Shown here piece after piece: positions 10,549 through 20,838 of a stretch of 38,352 bases of DNA. A program made the translations under genes and the position numbers. The notes below the pieces were generated by a model. The model saw only the letters and a list, made by a program, of their open reading frames with translations, had not been told where the DNA came from and made no database searches. This stretch comes from Methanobacteriota archaeon (GTDB lineage Archaea; Halobacteriota; Bog-38; Methanoflorentales; Methanoflorentaceae): positions 27,012 to 65,363 of the forward strand of contig PLGY01000062.1 of the NCBI GenBank assembly GCA_003139855.1, read 5' to 3'. Within the stretch, counting starts at the first letter, position 1, and every line of letters begins with the position of its first letter.

Positions 10549-12687
10549 CTAAGCGATCATGCTTTCGCTAAGGGTGGTGAGGCTTCTCTCGATGGTCTCT
10601 AATGACAGCGTCAGTTGACTGTCACCTACTGTGATCGAGAGTGCTCCTCCGCCGACGGTTCCAATCGCGGCAAACGCGACGTCATGAGCCTCAAGAGCGG
10701 CTGAAACGGAGTCGAGGCTTCTAGGGGTTACTGTAAGAATCGCTCTGCCGGCGCTCTCCGAAAACAATTCGTTCTCATCGTCCAAACAGGGAGATAAATC
10801 CACTTCGGCGCCGACGTGTTTGCACATTTTTCCGAGCGCAGCTATAAGGCCTCCTCTGGAGATATCGCTGGCGGCTGTGATCTTTCCCGTCCCGACAACT
10901 TCCACCAATGCGTCGATAGTCGTTTTAATCGTTTCGCGGGGTTGTGCGACGGCACCTCCAATCTCAAAGATTTCAGCATACTCCGACCCGCCGTATTCCG
11001 CATACGTTTCGCCGATCATCATTGTGATATCTCCCTTTTCTTGGAAAACTGCTGGTGGGACGGTGGAGATGTCGTCGACAATTCCCACCATTCCGATTGA
11101 CGGAGTGGGGATAATCGCTGTGTGGAACTCTTCACTTTCGTTGTAGAGCGAAACATTCCCGCCGACGATTGGTATGCCGAGAATGCGAGCAGCGTGAGAG
11201 AGTCCCCCCACCGCTTGTTCAAGCTGGGAAAAGACGTCCGCATTTTCGGGGTTGCCGAAGTTGAGGCAATTGACAAATGCGATAGGCCTCGCCCCTTTCA
11301 CCGCCAAATTCATTGCATTTTCAAAAACGGTGGCTGCTGCGCCTTGAAATTGATCCTTGGCGACTTGTGTAGCATTGCAGCCTGAGGACAGCGCTATGCC
11401 TCGCCGGGCGTCGATCGAGAGAACTGCCGCCCCGTTGCCTGGCTTGACGATAGTCCGCGTTTGCACTTCGTGGTCGTATTGTCGATACACCCACTCTTTC
11501 GTCGCGACGTTTGGAGACGAAAGCACGCGAAGGGCCCTCTCTTTGAGTGGTAGATCTGGAGCTAGTGACTGTTCAAGGTTCGACTGCGCCTTTGGGCGTT
11601 CAGGTGTGCATAATGGCACATCTTCGGTGAGTAACTTAATCGGTATGTCGGCGACTACCTTTCCGTGGAACTCTACGACGTACCGAGGTTCGTCGATTAC
11701 CTCACCGATTACGGCGCTATTTAAGTCATACTTGCCGGCAATAGCTAGTATTTCCTGAACGTGCTCCGGCGGGACCTCGAGAACCATTCGCTCCTGCGAC
11801 TCGGAGACCATCATTTCCGTCGGTGTCATCCCAGCTTCGCGCAAAGGAACAGCATCGAGCATAATTCGCCCTCCAAACGTTGAACACATTTCAGCTGAGG
11901 CCCCTGACAACCCTGCGGCCCCTAAATCGCGGCACGCGAAAACATAGCCTGTGGCGACTGCTTCGAGTGTTGCATCGATGAGGAGTTTTTCAGTGTACGG
12001 GTCGCCGATCTGGACGGAAGGCCTATCAGACGCTTCAGATTCTTCACTAAGATCTCTCGAGGCGAAGGATGCGCCGCCAAGACCGTCTCGGCCAGTAGCA
12101 GACCCCATGAGGACAATTTTGCTGCCAGGTTTTTTTACGCGCCCGGTAACGAGCGTATCATGCTGGCCTAGTCCAATGCAGACCACGTTGACGAGCGGAT
12201 TTCCATCGTAACTCGGATGAAACAGGACCTCACCATTGACCACAGGCACACCTATGCAGTTGCCGTAATCGCCGATTCCTTGAACAACGTGCTCGAATAG
12301 ATAGCGGTTTTTTTCATTCTCTAAGCTGCCAAAATAGAGGCAATCCATCAGAGCAATCGGCTTGGCCCCCATTGAAATGACATCACGTACGATGCCGCCG
12401 ACGCCGGTTGCAGCCCCGTCGTACGGATCAACGTACGATGGATGATTGTGGCTCTCCATCGCGATGGCAAGCGTCAGGTGATCGTTTAGCTTTATGATGG
12501 CAGCATCGTCTCCGGGGCCTACAATAACGATGTCGCCGCTTGTGGGCATTGTCTGCAGGAGTGGCTTGCTTGTCCGGTAGGCGCAGTGCTCTGACCACAG
12601 ATTTTCGAATATTGCACTCTCTACTTCATTGGGCCGGCGACCGAGTGCTTCGGTAATAATTTTTTCGTCTGCGTCTTTCAATCCCAT
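10549..12687 (-). CDS. purL: Phosphoribosylformylglycinamidine synthase subunit PurL
   Basis: [47 protein letters not shown] and GGNVSLYNE motifs. Confidence 0.97.
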   Translation of the reverse strand: MGLKDADEKIITEALGRRPNEVESAIFENLWSEHCAYRTSKPLLQTMPTSGDIVIVGPGDDAAIIKLNDHLTLAIAMESHNHPSYVDPYDGAATGVGGIVRDVISMGAKPIALMDCLYFGSLENEKNRYLFEHVVQGIGDYGNCIGVPVVNGEVLFHPSYDGNPLVNVVCIGLGQHDTLVTGRVKKPGSKIVLMGSATGRDGLGGASFASRDLSEESEASDRPSVQIGDPYTEKLLIDATLEAVATGYVFACRDLGAAGLSGASAEMCSTFGGRIMLDAVPLREAGMTPTEMMVSESQERMVLEVPPEHVQEILAIAGKYDLNSAVIGEVIDEPRYVVEFHGKVVADIPIKLLTEDVPLCTPERPKAQSNLEQSLAPDLPLKERALRVLSSPNVATKEWVYRQYDHEVQTRTIVKPGNGAAVLSIDARRGIALSSGCNATQVAKDQFQGAAATVFENAMNLAVKGARPIAFVNCLNFGNPENADVFSQLEQAVGGLSHAARILGIPIVGGNVSLYNESEEFHTAIIPTPSIGMVGIVDDISTVPPAVFQEKGDITMMIGETYAEYGGSEYAEIFEIGGAVAQPRETIKTTIDALVEVVGTGKITAASDISRGGLIAALGKMCKHVGAEVDLSPCLDDENELFSESAGRAILTVTPRSLDSVSAALEAHDVAFAAIGTVGGGALSITVGDSQLTLSLETIERSLTTLSESMIA

Positions 12688-12796
12688 CTTTGCACTCCTA
12701 TAGCCCCTTCATTAGTTAAACCTTAGCAATTCTTTTATCCGTGCGATAAGACCCCATGTTGTCCTGTGACTCCCGAGTACTAGCGAGGGTAAAGAA

Positions 12797-13497
12797 ACGT
12801 ACAAGATCTATCTGGGCTGCAGCGGATGGCATTACGATCATTGGCGAGGCGTCTTTTATAACGCGCCTCGCAACTACTTGGAGCAATACGCCTGATTCTT
12901 TCACTCTGTTGAAGTCAATTCGACGTTTTATCAGTTTCCAAAGGAGGCTCAGTTGAGGAACTGGTACGCCGCGACGCCTGACTACTTCAAGTTCTCCATA
13001 AAAATGAACCGCCATATCACGCATATAAACGGCTACACGACGTGCGTAGACCTCTCCGCGACTTTTTGAAGACTTGTTCAGTGCTCGAGGATAAACTTGG
13101 TCCGTGTCTCATAGGGCTCTCAGCGACGTTTAGAAAGGATCTGGAACGTTTTGATGAGTTTCTTTCCATTCTTCCTGAATACCGTTTTCCTTTGAGTTTC
13201 GCCACAACTCGTGGCTTGGCGACGAGGTTTTTCAACCGTTTCGCGACTGCCGAAAGCTGACGCTGATGATGTTGGGTGCACAATTCGATAGCAATGTGGA
13301 ATGTTTTTCGGATTTCGTTTACATTAGGTGGCACGCTCGCACTCGATAGTTACTCGCCGAGAGAAATAGACTACTGGGCGCGCCGAATCTGCGAGATCTC
13401 AAAAAAAGCAGATGTCTTCGGCTATTGGAACAATGATGCCCACGGAAATGCACCACAGAACTGTCTAGAGCTTACGCGAAAGCTGCCATCACTTTAA
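12797..13497 (+). pseudogene. DUF72 (YecE-like) pseudogene
   Basis: Pieces IYLGCSGWHYDHWRGVFY, VEVNSTFY, FKFSIKMNRHITH, KLGPCL, EFRHNSW, FVYIRWH and FGYWNNDAHGNAPQNC lie in different frames. In-frame TGA at 12893, frameshifts near 13028, 13189 and 13345, and ACG where the start is expected after GAGGGT. Confidence 0.88.
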
Positions 13498-13692
13498 GAT
13501 CTGAAACGGACGATTACGATGACCCGCTTTACGTGCTCGTCGTACTCCGTGACACTCTGTTGCGTTCGCGTACTTCCGGCAGTGCGAGCCACACTGGCCA
13601 GAACGCTAACGCCTCAGTTCAGGAGCAGGTCCAAAAACGCGATGAATCGAGTCGAGCACAACTCCTGGTGGCGTCGCAAAGGGGAAAAAGGA

Positions 13693-14013
13693 CTACCCAA
13701 ACAGGGCCCCTAGTCCTTCCATGCCCGTTTCTTCTTCCTCCTCTTTCTCCTTCTCCTTCTCCTCTTCTGCTTCTGCTTCTTCTTTCTTCTCGGCGGGCGC
13801 TGGGGCCACCGGTGCAGCTGCTGCGGGCGCTCCTGCAAATGCCGCTGTGGATATAGCCTCCTCGATATCGATGCCTTCGAGCGCCGCGATGAGTGCCTTT
13901 GCCCTCACCTCGTTGACTGTCGCGCCTGCTGCGTTGAGGACGCTCGTAACGCCCTCTTCAGTAACTTCTTTGCCTGTCGCGTTCAAAATTAGTGCTGCAT
14001 ATACGTATTCCAT
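13693..14013 (-). CDS. rpl12: Ribosomal stalk protein P1 (L12e)
   Basis: [10 protein letters not shown], Ala-rich hinge, acidic tail ending GLGALFG. Confidence 0.97.
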   Translation of the reverse strand: MEYVYAALILNATGKEVTEEGVTSVLNAAGATVNEVRAKALIAALEGIDIEEAISTAAFAGAPAAAAPVAPAPAEKKEEAEAEEEKEKEKEEEEETGMEGLGALFG

Positions 14014-14047
14014 TCGCTATCACCTTTGCTGTGTTGCGGTCTCAAAA

Positions 14048-15076
14048 TTATCCAAATAACGCTCCGAGACCTTCCATACCGGATTCGGATCCCTTCTCCT
14101 CGTTCTCCTCCTCCTTCTCTTCTGACGTTTCCTCTTTCTTTTGCGGCGCTGCCTCTTCTTTATTCGATTCGGGTGCCGTCGCTTGTGCGTTCTTTAGTGC
14201 GATGAGCGCATCATCTAGCGCTTCGTTTGGAAGCTTGTGAACAAGCGTTAGCGCTGCTGCTTGCGCCTTCGAGAGCAGAACTTTCAGCACCTCGGGCTCA
14301 AAGATCTCAGCATTGACCCCGAGATTCATTGCTTCAAATGAGGCTTTTTGAAGCAGCGTGGCGGCTGTTAGAGACGTTGGGTATGCTGTGTTAATTGACA
14401 AATTCAGCGCCTTTGACACGGCCAAAACGAATTGATTAAAGTACGCCTGCTCATCGATGTAGAGGTTTTCGGGGACGTAGAGCACGTCGCCGTCGTACGC
14501 CGCTCGAAGATATAAGCCGACTTCCATCGGGTAGATTTCAAATCGCTGGAGTACTTCGGCCAGCCGCGCGCTTATCGCTTCGCCCTCCTTAGCGACCGTT
14601 TTTGTCTCGCGTATTACGATTTTACCCTTTTCAATTGCTGCCGGTATCCCAACGTTTTGAAGATCTCCGACTATGGGCCCCGGTCTAAACGACGTGGGAC
14701 CCTTCTTTATGATTATATCGTTAGGCGCCCTATCACCCGCTTTGGCCGGCGCCGGGGTTCTGCTGTTCTCGAGCAGTTTAAACAGCTTGAACGGATTGAG
14801 ATCGGTGAAGATTAATGCGGTTTGCCCCTCAACGTTTTCGAACAATTGAAGCGTCGTCTCGCCAACCTCCGCAAGCGCACGGTGGATCAGGGAATTTCTG
14901 GTGACCCGTATTTTCGCGACGTCGCGAAGCTCGGCCCTGATGCTCTGAAATTGACGTGCAGGGATCCCCTGAATACTAACAATCGCCGTGACTTCGTGCG
15001 CTTGGACCTCGGCTTTAATGTTGGTGATCTCGTCGTCTTTCCAAACCGGTCGGTGAACGTTTGCAATTGCCGCCAT
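14048..15076 (-). CDS. rplP0: Ribosomal protein uL10/P0
   Basis: VTRNSL, NPFKLF, GPTSFRPGP and the acidic GLGALFG tail. Confidence 0.97.
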   Translation of the reverse strand: MAAIANVHRPVWKDDEITNIKAEVQAHEVTAIVSIQGIPARQFQSIRAELRDVAKIRVTRNSLIHRALAEVGETTLQLFENVEGQTALIFTDLNPFKLFKLLENSRTPAPAKAGDRAPNDIIIKKGPTSFRPGPIVGDLQNVGIPAAIEKGKIVIRETKTVAKEGEAISARLAEVLQRFEIYPMEVGLYLRAAYDGDVLYVPENLYIDEQAYFNQFVLAVSKALNLSINTAYPTSLTAATLLQKASFEAMNLGVNAEIFEPEVLKVLLSKAQAAALTLVHKLPNEALDDALIALKNAQATAPESNKEEAAPQKKEETSEEKEEENEEKGSESGMEGLGALFG

Positions 15077-15077
15077 T

Positions 15078-15719
15078 TCACATCACCCTCACTGCGGGGC
15101 CCATGGTCGTTTTGACAAAGACCGAGGCAATGTTTTGCTTGCCGTTCTCGAGTCGCGACTCGACGGTATTGAGGAGCGCTTCGACGTTGGTTGCGATGTC
15201 TTCGGGGCTCATGCTCAGATTTCCGATCAACGCGTGGAACGTCGGTTTATCTTTTGAGCGCACCTTAACCGTTCGTCTCAGCCGATTGATGAGGGGGGCG
15301 GGATCGGCGCTTGACGGTACAGGGTCGGGCATCTTACCTTTGGGGCCTAGAATTGGCCCGAAGCTCTTCCCTATAGACGGCATTAACGGCGCTTCTGCAA
15401 TAAAAAAGTCAATATCTCTCGTCGTTGATCGGATCAGTTTCTTGTCGCCGCTCATCTTTTCAATGTCGTCGGGAGAAATTATCAGGTCAGCGCCGCCGCT
15501 TTGCGACTTAATAGCGAGATCCCCTCTTGCAAAAACCCCGATTTTCGTTGCTTTCCCGCGCCCGTTCGGCAGAACGATGGATTCGGTTATCCTGTTTTTT
15601 GGCTGGCTTAAATCAACGCTCTTCAGATTGACAATCAAATCAACGCTTTCTGTGAACTTTCTCTTAGGCGCTAACTCAATCGCTTCATTGACGGCTTTAA
15701 GGGTGTTTTCGTTGACCAT
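15078..15719 (-). CDS. rpl1: Ribosomal protein uL1
   Basis: KRKFTESVDL, LGPKGKMP and KTTMGP motifs. Confidence 0.97.
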   Translation of the reverse strand: MVNENTLKAVNEAIELAPKRKFTESVDLIVNLKSVDLSQPKNRITESIVLPNGRGKATKIGVFARGDLAIKSQSGGADLIISPDDIEKMSGDKKLIRSTTRDIDFFIAEAPLMPSIGKSFGPILGPKGKMPDPVPSSADPAPLINRLRRTVKVRSKDKPTFHALIGNLSMSPEDIATNVEALLNTVESRLENGKQNIASVFVKTTMGPAVRVM

Positions 15720-15726
15720 ACTCCCT

Positions 15727-15763
15727 CCGTAGTATCTTCGACCACCGCGGTGATCTCCTACGG
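15727..15763 (-). promoter_or_regulatory. Putative uL1-binding autoregulatory mRNA hairpin
   Basis: Minus strand CCGTAG-GA-GATCACC-GC-GGTGGTC-GAAGATA-CTACGG forms two helices around an asymmetric purine-rich loop. The 3' arm overlaps the GGAGG RBS of rpl1. Confidence 0.7.
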
Positions 15764-15810
15764 TGCAATCATCAGATGGAGTAAACTTTACTTCAATCTT
15801 TCGCCGGAAT

Positions 15811-16284
15811 TTATGTCTCGGTAAAAAGATCTGCGTATTCTCCGGCGTCTATCGCCTTCTGAACATCTTTAGCTGGTTTTTCGTCGACAGTAACGCCCAT
15901 CGACACACAGGTGCCCAAAACTTCTTTGACCGTTTTTTTCAACTCGTACGAAAGGGAGCTCTGTCGTTTCATTTTTGCTATCTTGATCGCTTGGGCGACG
16001 GTGATATTGCCCACGGTCCCCTCACCTGACGATCCTTTCTCTATTCCAGCCTCTATCAGAACAAGCGCCGATGCAGGGGGTATACCTACTTCGAGCGTCA
16101 CGTTCTTTTTGTCGTCGACAATGACCTTGACAGGCACCTGCATTCCGTTATATGACGCAGTTTGTGCATTGATGTCGTCAACAACTGCTTTAATGTTGAT
16201 CCCAAGGGGTCCTAGGGCAGGCCCTATCGGAGGACCGGGGCTCGCCTTGCCTCCTGGCACCAACACCTCTATTACGTCGGCCAT
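15811..16284 (-). CDS. rpl11: Ribosomal protein uL11
   Basis: GGKASPGPPIGPALGPLG and EVLGTCVSMG motifs. Confidence 0.97.
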   Translation of the reverse strand: MADVIEVLVPGGKASPGPPIGPALGPLGINIKAVVDDINAQTASYNGMQVPVKVIVDDKKNVTLEVGIPPASALVLIEAGIEKGSSGEGTVGNITVAQAIKIAKMKRQSSLSYELKKTVKEVLGTCVSMGVTVDEKPAKDVQKAIDAGEYADLFTET

Positions 16285-16285
16285 G

Positions 16286-16765
16286 TTATTCGCGCTCCTC
16301 CTTGCTCAAGACTCGGACGTGATCGCCGCGCACCGTAATTGGTATCGGCACCATGGCCTCGAAGAGTTCGACTGTAATCTCCTCGCGGCGCTCATCAATG
16401 CGTTTGACACGGGCCCGTTCTCCTTTGAATGGACCTGCAATAAGCTCAATGATGTCGCCGTCTTCAATGCCGGCCACGGCTGGTTTTGGCGTTAAGAAAT
16501 GCTCGATCTCTGCGAATTTCGTGCTTCCCTTCACGACGCCACGGGCGTGCGGTATGCCTTGAATCGCCTGTTCTACTATTTCAAATTTGGTGGTCTCCAC
16601 GAGCACGTATCCCTTGAGCTCTTTTGGCACAAGTATCGCGCGGATGTCATAGTTCTCCTTTTTGGCAGCGAGTGCAAGCAAGTTGGCCACGGCGCGTTCT
16701 TGATTTGCCGTGGTTTTTATGGCGTAAACTGAAGATTCAAGCCCATTTTGCTCTTGACTTGACAT
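16286..16765 (-). CDS. spt5: Transcription elongation factor Spt5 (NusG)
   Basis: [15 protein letters not shown] and the KOW motif [16 protein letters not shown]. Start re-called to ATG 16765. Confidence 0.96.
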   Translation of the reverse strand: MSSQEQNGLESSVYAIKTTANQERAVANLLALAAKKENYDIRAILVPKELKGYVLVETTKFEIVEQAIQGIPHARGVVKGSTKFAEIEHFLTPKPAVAGIEDGDIIELIAGPFKGERARVKRIDERREEITVELFEAMVPIPITVRGDHVRVLSKEERE

Positions 16766-16802
16766 GATTCCCCTCACTGACAACTTTTTAACGCGTCACT
16801 GA

Positions 16803-17249
16803 TTAAGTCGTCGCGTTCCCGGTTTTATTCACGGCCGAGGTAATAGAACTATTTTGCGTTGCGTTACTCACCGGCACCGGGGTGTTCACTACGTTACTCG
16901 GTGTGGCCGTTGCTGTTGTGTTGTTGGTGAGACCCAAGCTTTGCGGCGCTTGTACCATAGCCAGATATATCAGAAACCCGCCCACGCCGATTATGATAAT
17001 TCCTATCGCGGCGACTTTCGCAATATTCGAGTACTCCTCACGCGTTGGCCTTCTTGTAAGCGTCAAGATTCTCCGGTACTCACCGAGCTTGCGCTCGATC
17101 GACTTCCGAGAAAAACGACTCTCTGCTGTAGTCGCCTCTTGTAGCTTAGAAGCCTTCGACGAGGCGCTCGCTTGCTTTTTGTCTTCTTTAGGGGCCTCTC
17201 GTTGTTTTTTAGGCTTTGACGAACGAGTTCTCCCCTGCTTTTTAGCCAT
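16803..17249 (-). CDS. secE: Protein translocase SecE/Sec61-gamma with long N- and C-terminal extensions
   Basis: Core EYRRILTLTRRPTREEYSNIAKVAAIGIIIIGVGGFLIY, in the canonical position between ftsZ and spt5. Confidence 0.9.
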   Translation of the reverse strand: MAKKQGRTRSSKPKKQREAPKEDKKQASASSKASKLQEATTAESRFSRKSIERKLGEYRRILTLTRRPTREEYSNIAKVAAIGIIIIGVGGFLIYLAMVQAPQSLGLTNNTTATATPSNVVNTPVPVSNATQNSSITSAVNKTGNATT

Positions 17250-17376
17250 TGTACATTCACCGAACTATAGTGCAGCAAAAACGCGCAAAGTAAATATGTG
17301 GCGCCCGACGCGGCGTTATATCACTTTGCGTTTCAATAGTATAAAATGTTTTGTGGAGGATGTGCCACGTAAGCCT

Positions 17377-18486
17377 TTATTTTACGAAATCTATGCCGTA
17401 TCGTTGAGCTCCGGTTTTTGCCTTAATCGCTTCGCTCTTCCCGTAGATCTGAGGGGACTTTACGCCAGTAACGATAAGGAGCGTTCGTACCATATGGTCA
17501 AGCTCGGGGTCGATCTGGGCGCCCCAAATAATTCGCGCGTCGGGATCGATACGCTCATAAACTTCCTGCACGACGCCCTCTGCCTCAGTCACGGTCATGT
17601 CTGTGCCCCCGATGACGTTGACAATTGCGGCAGTGGCGCCAGAGATGTCAACGTCCAGAAGGGGACTTCTCAGAGCTTTCTTAACCGAATCCACGGCTTT
17701 GTCTTCAGCATCAGACTCGCCAAGCCCAATCATTGCCACGCCGCCTTTTTGCATGACAGTTCTGACATCTGCGAAGTCGAGGTTGATGAGCCCTGGTTTA
17801 GTGATGAGTTCGGTAATGCCCTTGACGGCCCGCATCAGCACTTCATCCGAGACTTTGAATGCGGCTTGCAGCGGCAGCCGGGGAACGACTTCTAGCAGTC
17901 GGTCGTTTGGCACAACGATGACGGTATCGGCCATGTCACGCAGCCGCTCAAGTCCAGCTTCAGCGTTGGCCCTGCGCACCATGCCCTCCACGCCGAATGG
18001 GAGGGTCACGATAGCTATAGTGAGGGCCCCGGCATCGCGTGCCGCCTCTGCGACGACCGGCGAGGCCCCAGTTCCCGTGCCTCCACCTAAACCGGCAGTA
18101 ATAAACACCATGTCCGCTCCGGCAACGCTTGCTCGGAGTTCTTCTTGGCTTTCGATTGCTGCCTCTTCGCCTATCTGCGGCAATGAGCCAGCGCCGAGCC
18201 CGCGCGTTCGCTCCTTCCCAATCAAGATTTTTCGGTCCGCCGTCGTCCTCCTAAGGTGTTGCGCATCTGTGTTGAGCGCAATAAGTTCGGCCCCTTCGAT
18301 TCCCTCTTCCGTCATCCGTGAGATGGTGTTTGATCCTGCGCCGCCGCATCCGATGACGATGATGTTAGTTTGGAGCGTTTTGAGCACTTCCTCGAGCTCT
18401 TGGTCGGGGGTATAAGATATTTGCGGCGATTCGTTTTTCACGTCGCTTGTGCCCCGTTCAAGCGCGTCTTCAATTATGGACTTCAT
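17377..18486 (-). CDS. ftsZ: Cell division protein FtsZ (FtsZ1 type)
   Basis: [31 protein letters not shown] and the C-terminal GIDFV. Confidence 0.98.
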   Translation of the reverse strand: MKSIIEDALERGTSDVKNESPQISYTPDQELEEVLKTLQTNIIVIGCGGAGSNTISRMTEEGIEGAELIALNTDAQHLRRTTADRKILIGKERTRGLGAGSLPQIGEEAAIESQEELRASVAGADMVFITAGLGGGTGTGASPVVAEAARDAGALTIAIVTLPFGVEGMVRRANAEAGLERLRDMADTVIVVPNDRLLEVVPRLPLQAAFKVSDEVLMRAVKGITELITKPGLINLDFADVRTVMQKGGVAMIGLGESDAEDKAVDSVKKALRSPLLDVDISGATAAIVNVIGGTDMTVTEAEGVVQEVYERIDPDARIIWGAQIDPELDHMVRTLLIVTGVKSPQIYGKSEAIKAKTGAQRYGIDFVK

Positions 18487-18501
18487 GTCATATCCTCCAC
18501 T

Positions 18502-19902
18502 TCAAGGTTTGCGAAAGGCGTTACTGTCGACCGCCTGTGTCGGCATAGCGACATTAAATGCCTTTCTAACCTTCGTAAATACATCCTCGGGTTTAATTAT
18601 CCTGCTGCCTATTGTGATCGACTCGCCGCCTGCCAGCTTCGCGTATAGTGGTTCTTCAGTCACGCCAAGCGATCGTGCCAGTCGTGGGTTAAATTTGCGT
18701 TCGGATATATATAGTTTTGATTTTTGCTGCGAGTACTCGATCTGGTATCGCTTTTTCAGTATTTCAACGCACTCGTTGAGCATCTCATCCTGTATCTTTT
18801 GTGCGTCGCGCTCCGGCGGAACCAAGATGGCAGAAATAGTTCCATCTTTACGCTCAAGGTATAGTATTTTTTCGATTTCAAACTGCTTAAGCAAAGCCTC
18901 CTCGTCGACGGCTTGCGCGCGTTTCACGATAGACGGATTAAGCGCCAGAGGCGTCAATTCGATGCGATCTTCAGGTGGCGTTTGCGAGTTGAGTGCGTCT
19001 CGCAGTGAAGCGCTCACGTTTATTGTCTCCGTTTCCGCAAGCAGGCCGTGCGCCCTCAAGACGCGCTTGATTTGCAGGTACGGTTTCCAGGAAAGGTCTC
19101 TGCGTCCCTGGATGTCAGCCAGCCTAAGCACCTCAAAGCCCAGACTGTGCACCGCTGTCTCGATTCTAGTTCGGTCGCCGCCCATATGTTTTCGATCAAA
19201 ATAGGCGAATTGCGCCTGTGATTTCTCAAATGCTTCTCCAATGATTTCGCGAGTTAGGCATTCGAGCTGATAGGCAGCAAAAATGTGGCCGAAGCAAATG
19301 TCGCTGCGGAGAAGTACGTCGGCGTGTCGTGCAGCATAGTGCGGCCCCCCGAATCCAACGGCCGTTAGACAAGGGATGTCGAGAGATCGCGATTCCAGTC
19401 CGAGCAGCGCTTGTGCCACGATGTCGCCGAGTGCTTCGGTATTCCACTCAGTTTTCGTGCTGCCGATTTCGACAAACAGCGAGGGGGTTTCGATGGCCGA
19501 AGGACCGTGGTGGGTTGCCTCTACGAGGACCTTGACATTTGATAAGTTCGTGAGCGCTTCCACTATGAGTTTTAACGCGCGAGGGGCCGCGCGCGCTAAG
19601 ACGCCGTTCGAGCCCATTTGAGTCGATCCACTGACGTCTCCGGTGAAGTGAGCGCTGAATACAGGACCCTTCTGTGTCTGACTTTGGTGACGAGATGCAA
19701 ATAAGAGCAGGTCAGTACTGAGGCTTTGGTCTAACGCTTCTTGGTCAATCAGCTTGCCTTCGACCATGACGAGCTGAAAGTTCCCGTATGTCCATTCGGC
19801 GGGGACCTCAGAGCCTCGCGTCCATGGGACTCGTTGTAATAGGTGTCGCGCGATGTTTTTCGAGGCATCGTCTACTTCGGAGCAAATAATAGCGACACGC
19901 AT
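18502..19902 (-). CDS. dtdA: D-aminoacyl-tRNA deacylase DTD2 (GEK1 family), long form
   Basis: FASRH, SAHFTG, EATHHGPS, FVEIGS..EW and GFGGPHYA motifs. Located upstream of ftsZ as in other Euryarchaeota. Confidence 0.92.
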   Translation of the reverse strand: MRVAIICSEVDDASKNIARHLLQRVPWTRGSEVPAEWTYGNFQLVMVEGKLIDQEALDQSLSTDLLLFASRHQSQTQKGPVFSAHFTGDVSGSTQMGSNGVLARAAPRALKLIVEALTNLSNVKVLVEATHHGPSAIETPSLFVEIGSTKTEWNTEALGDIVAQALLGLESRSLDIPCLTAVGFGGPHYAARHADVLLRSDICFGHIFAAYQLECLTREIIGEAFEKSQAQFAYFDRKHMGGDRTRIETAVHSLGFEVLRLADIQGRRDLSWKPYLQIKRVLRAHGLLAETETINVSASLRDALNSQTPPEDRIELTPLALNPSIVKRAQAVDEEALLKQFEIEKILYLERKDGTISAILVPPERDAQKIQDEMLNECVEILKKRYQIEYSQQKSKLYISERKFNPRLARSLGVTEEPLYAKLAGGESITIGSRIIKPEDVFTKVRKAFNVAMPTQAVDSNAFRKP

Positions 19903-20001
19903 GCATCGCTATGGTCGAAAGCTCACACTATAAACTTTTGGGAGTTGAACCAGGCGCCCTGATCTGACGATCAACTCCGTGAAACCTGCGTCGTTCGCGG
20001 G

Positions 20002-20403
20002 TTACGATATGAAGATAAGGGTCTTTTCTTTTGCAGGCCCTTCGTCGATGACTTGCAGACTGTGCTTATCGACTATTTTTCGGGCCGTTTCTTTAAGCTC
20101 TTGGGTACCAGGGACGTCGATTTGAATGACATATCCCTGAAATTCGTCTTTTTTCGCTTCGTACAGTCGTGGGAATTCGCCTGCTTCGTCATATCTCTCG
20201 TATGTCTCGGGCCGCAAGCTCACCATAGGCTGACGTACAACCGCAAGCTTGACATCGGTGAGGCCGCTGAGTTCCTCCGCAATGCTTTGTAGGGCTCTTT
20301 GCGCCGATTGCTCGCTGTCGAAACAGGTGGGGATTGAGTACAGTTCCGTTTCAGAGTCGTAAAGCCCCCTACGAATTCCAATTATGAGCCTCGCTTTTTT
20401 CAT
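20002..20403 (-). CDS. Hypothetical protein
   Basis: 133-aa ORF with ATG, an upstream GGAG and protein-like composition, filling the gap. No motif recognised. Confidence 0.7.
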   Translation of the reverse strand: MKKARLIIGIRRGLYDSETELYSIPTCFDSEQSAQRALQSIAEELSGLTDVKLAVVRQPMVSLRPETYERYDEAGEFPRLYEAKKDEFQGYVIQIDVPGTQELKETARKIVDKHSLQVIDEGPAKEKTLIFIS

Positions 20404-20560
20404 GTTTCACTGCTCCCTCTATTTTTTGCCCTAAACGCTGTAGGTATTCATCCCTCCCTGAGTTATACCTTTTCCGCGAGAAAACACGCGCAGGCTAACG
20501 CTCCGTCCTCGTGCGTGTTCTGACTAATCCATTCGCGCAGAGCCGCTCCATCATCACCTA

Positions 20561-20567
20561 TTTAAAT
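20561..20567 (+). promoter_or_regulatory. TATA box of the tRNA-Met gene
   Basis: TTTAAAT 24-30 nt upstream of the mature tRNA 5' end. Confidence 0.6.
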
Positions 20568-20590
20568 GAATAGCACCTAAAACAATCCAG

Positions 20591-20665
20591 AGCGGGGTGG
20601 GGTAGTCAGGAGATCCCGACGGGCTCATAACCCGTAGACCAGTGGTTCAAATCCACTCCCCGCTA
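20591..20665 (+). tRNA. tRNA-Met(CAT), initiator type
   Basis: AGCGGGG/CCCCGCT acceptor stem (A1-U72), anticodon arm CGGG-CTCATAA-CCCG with three consecutive G-C pairs, T-loop GGTTCAAATCC. CCA is not encoded. Confidence 0.96.
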
Positions 20666-20838
20666 CTAAATTGACATATCACGGCGCTTTTCTTTCTCGG
20701 TGCAAGACTCTTTTAGTGCTATAGCGCTCGCGAGAAATTTGATCGGCGCTCGTTGAGCGCTTGAAAAAACGTCAGTTTGAATCGACGCGAGCGTTGGTTG
20801 ATAGCAAGAAAAGGAGGTTAGGGCGGGTCGCGTTTAAT

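Noticed and set aside
13693-14130. Purine-rich repeats and the shared [10 protein letters not shown] ends of P1 and P0
   Set aside because: Known conserved acidic stalk tails, not a repeat element.
16882-19204. Long plus-strand ORFs of 337, 272 and 251 aa
   Set aside because: Antisense shadows of secE, ftsZ and dtdA with no motifs.
19941-19978. GGAGTTGA/TCAACTCC hairpin with a T-loop-like GGTTCAACTCCC on the minus strand
   Set aside because: No cloverleaf can be formed and there is no adjacent integrase, so neither a tRNA nor an att site is supported.
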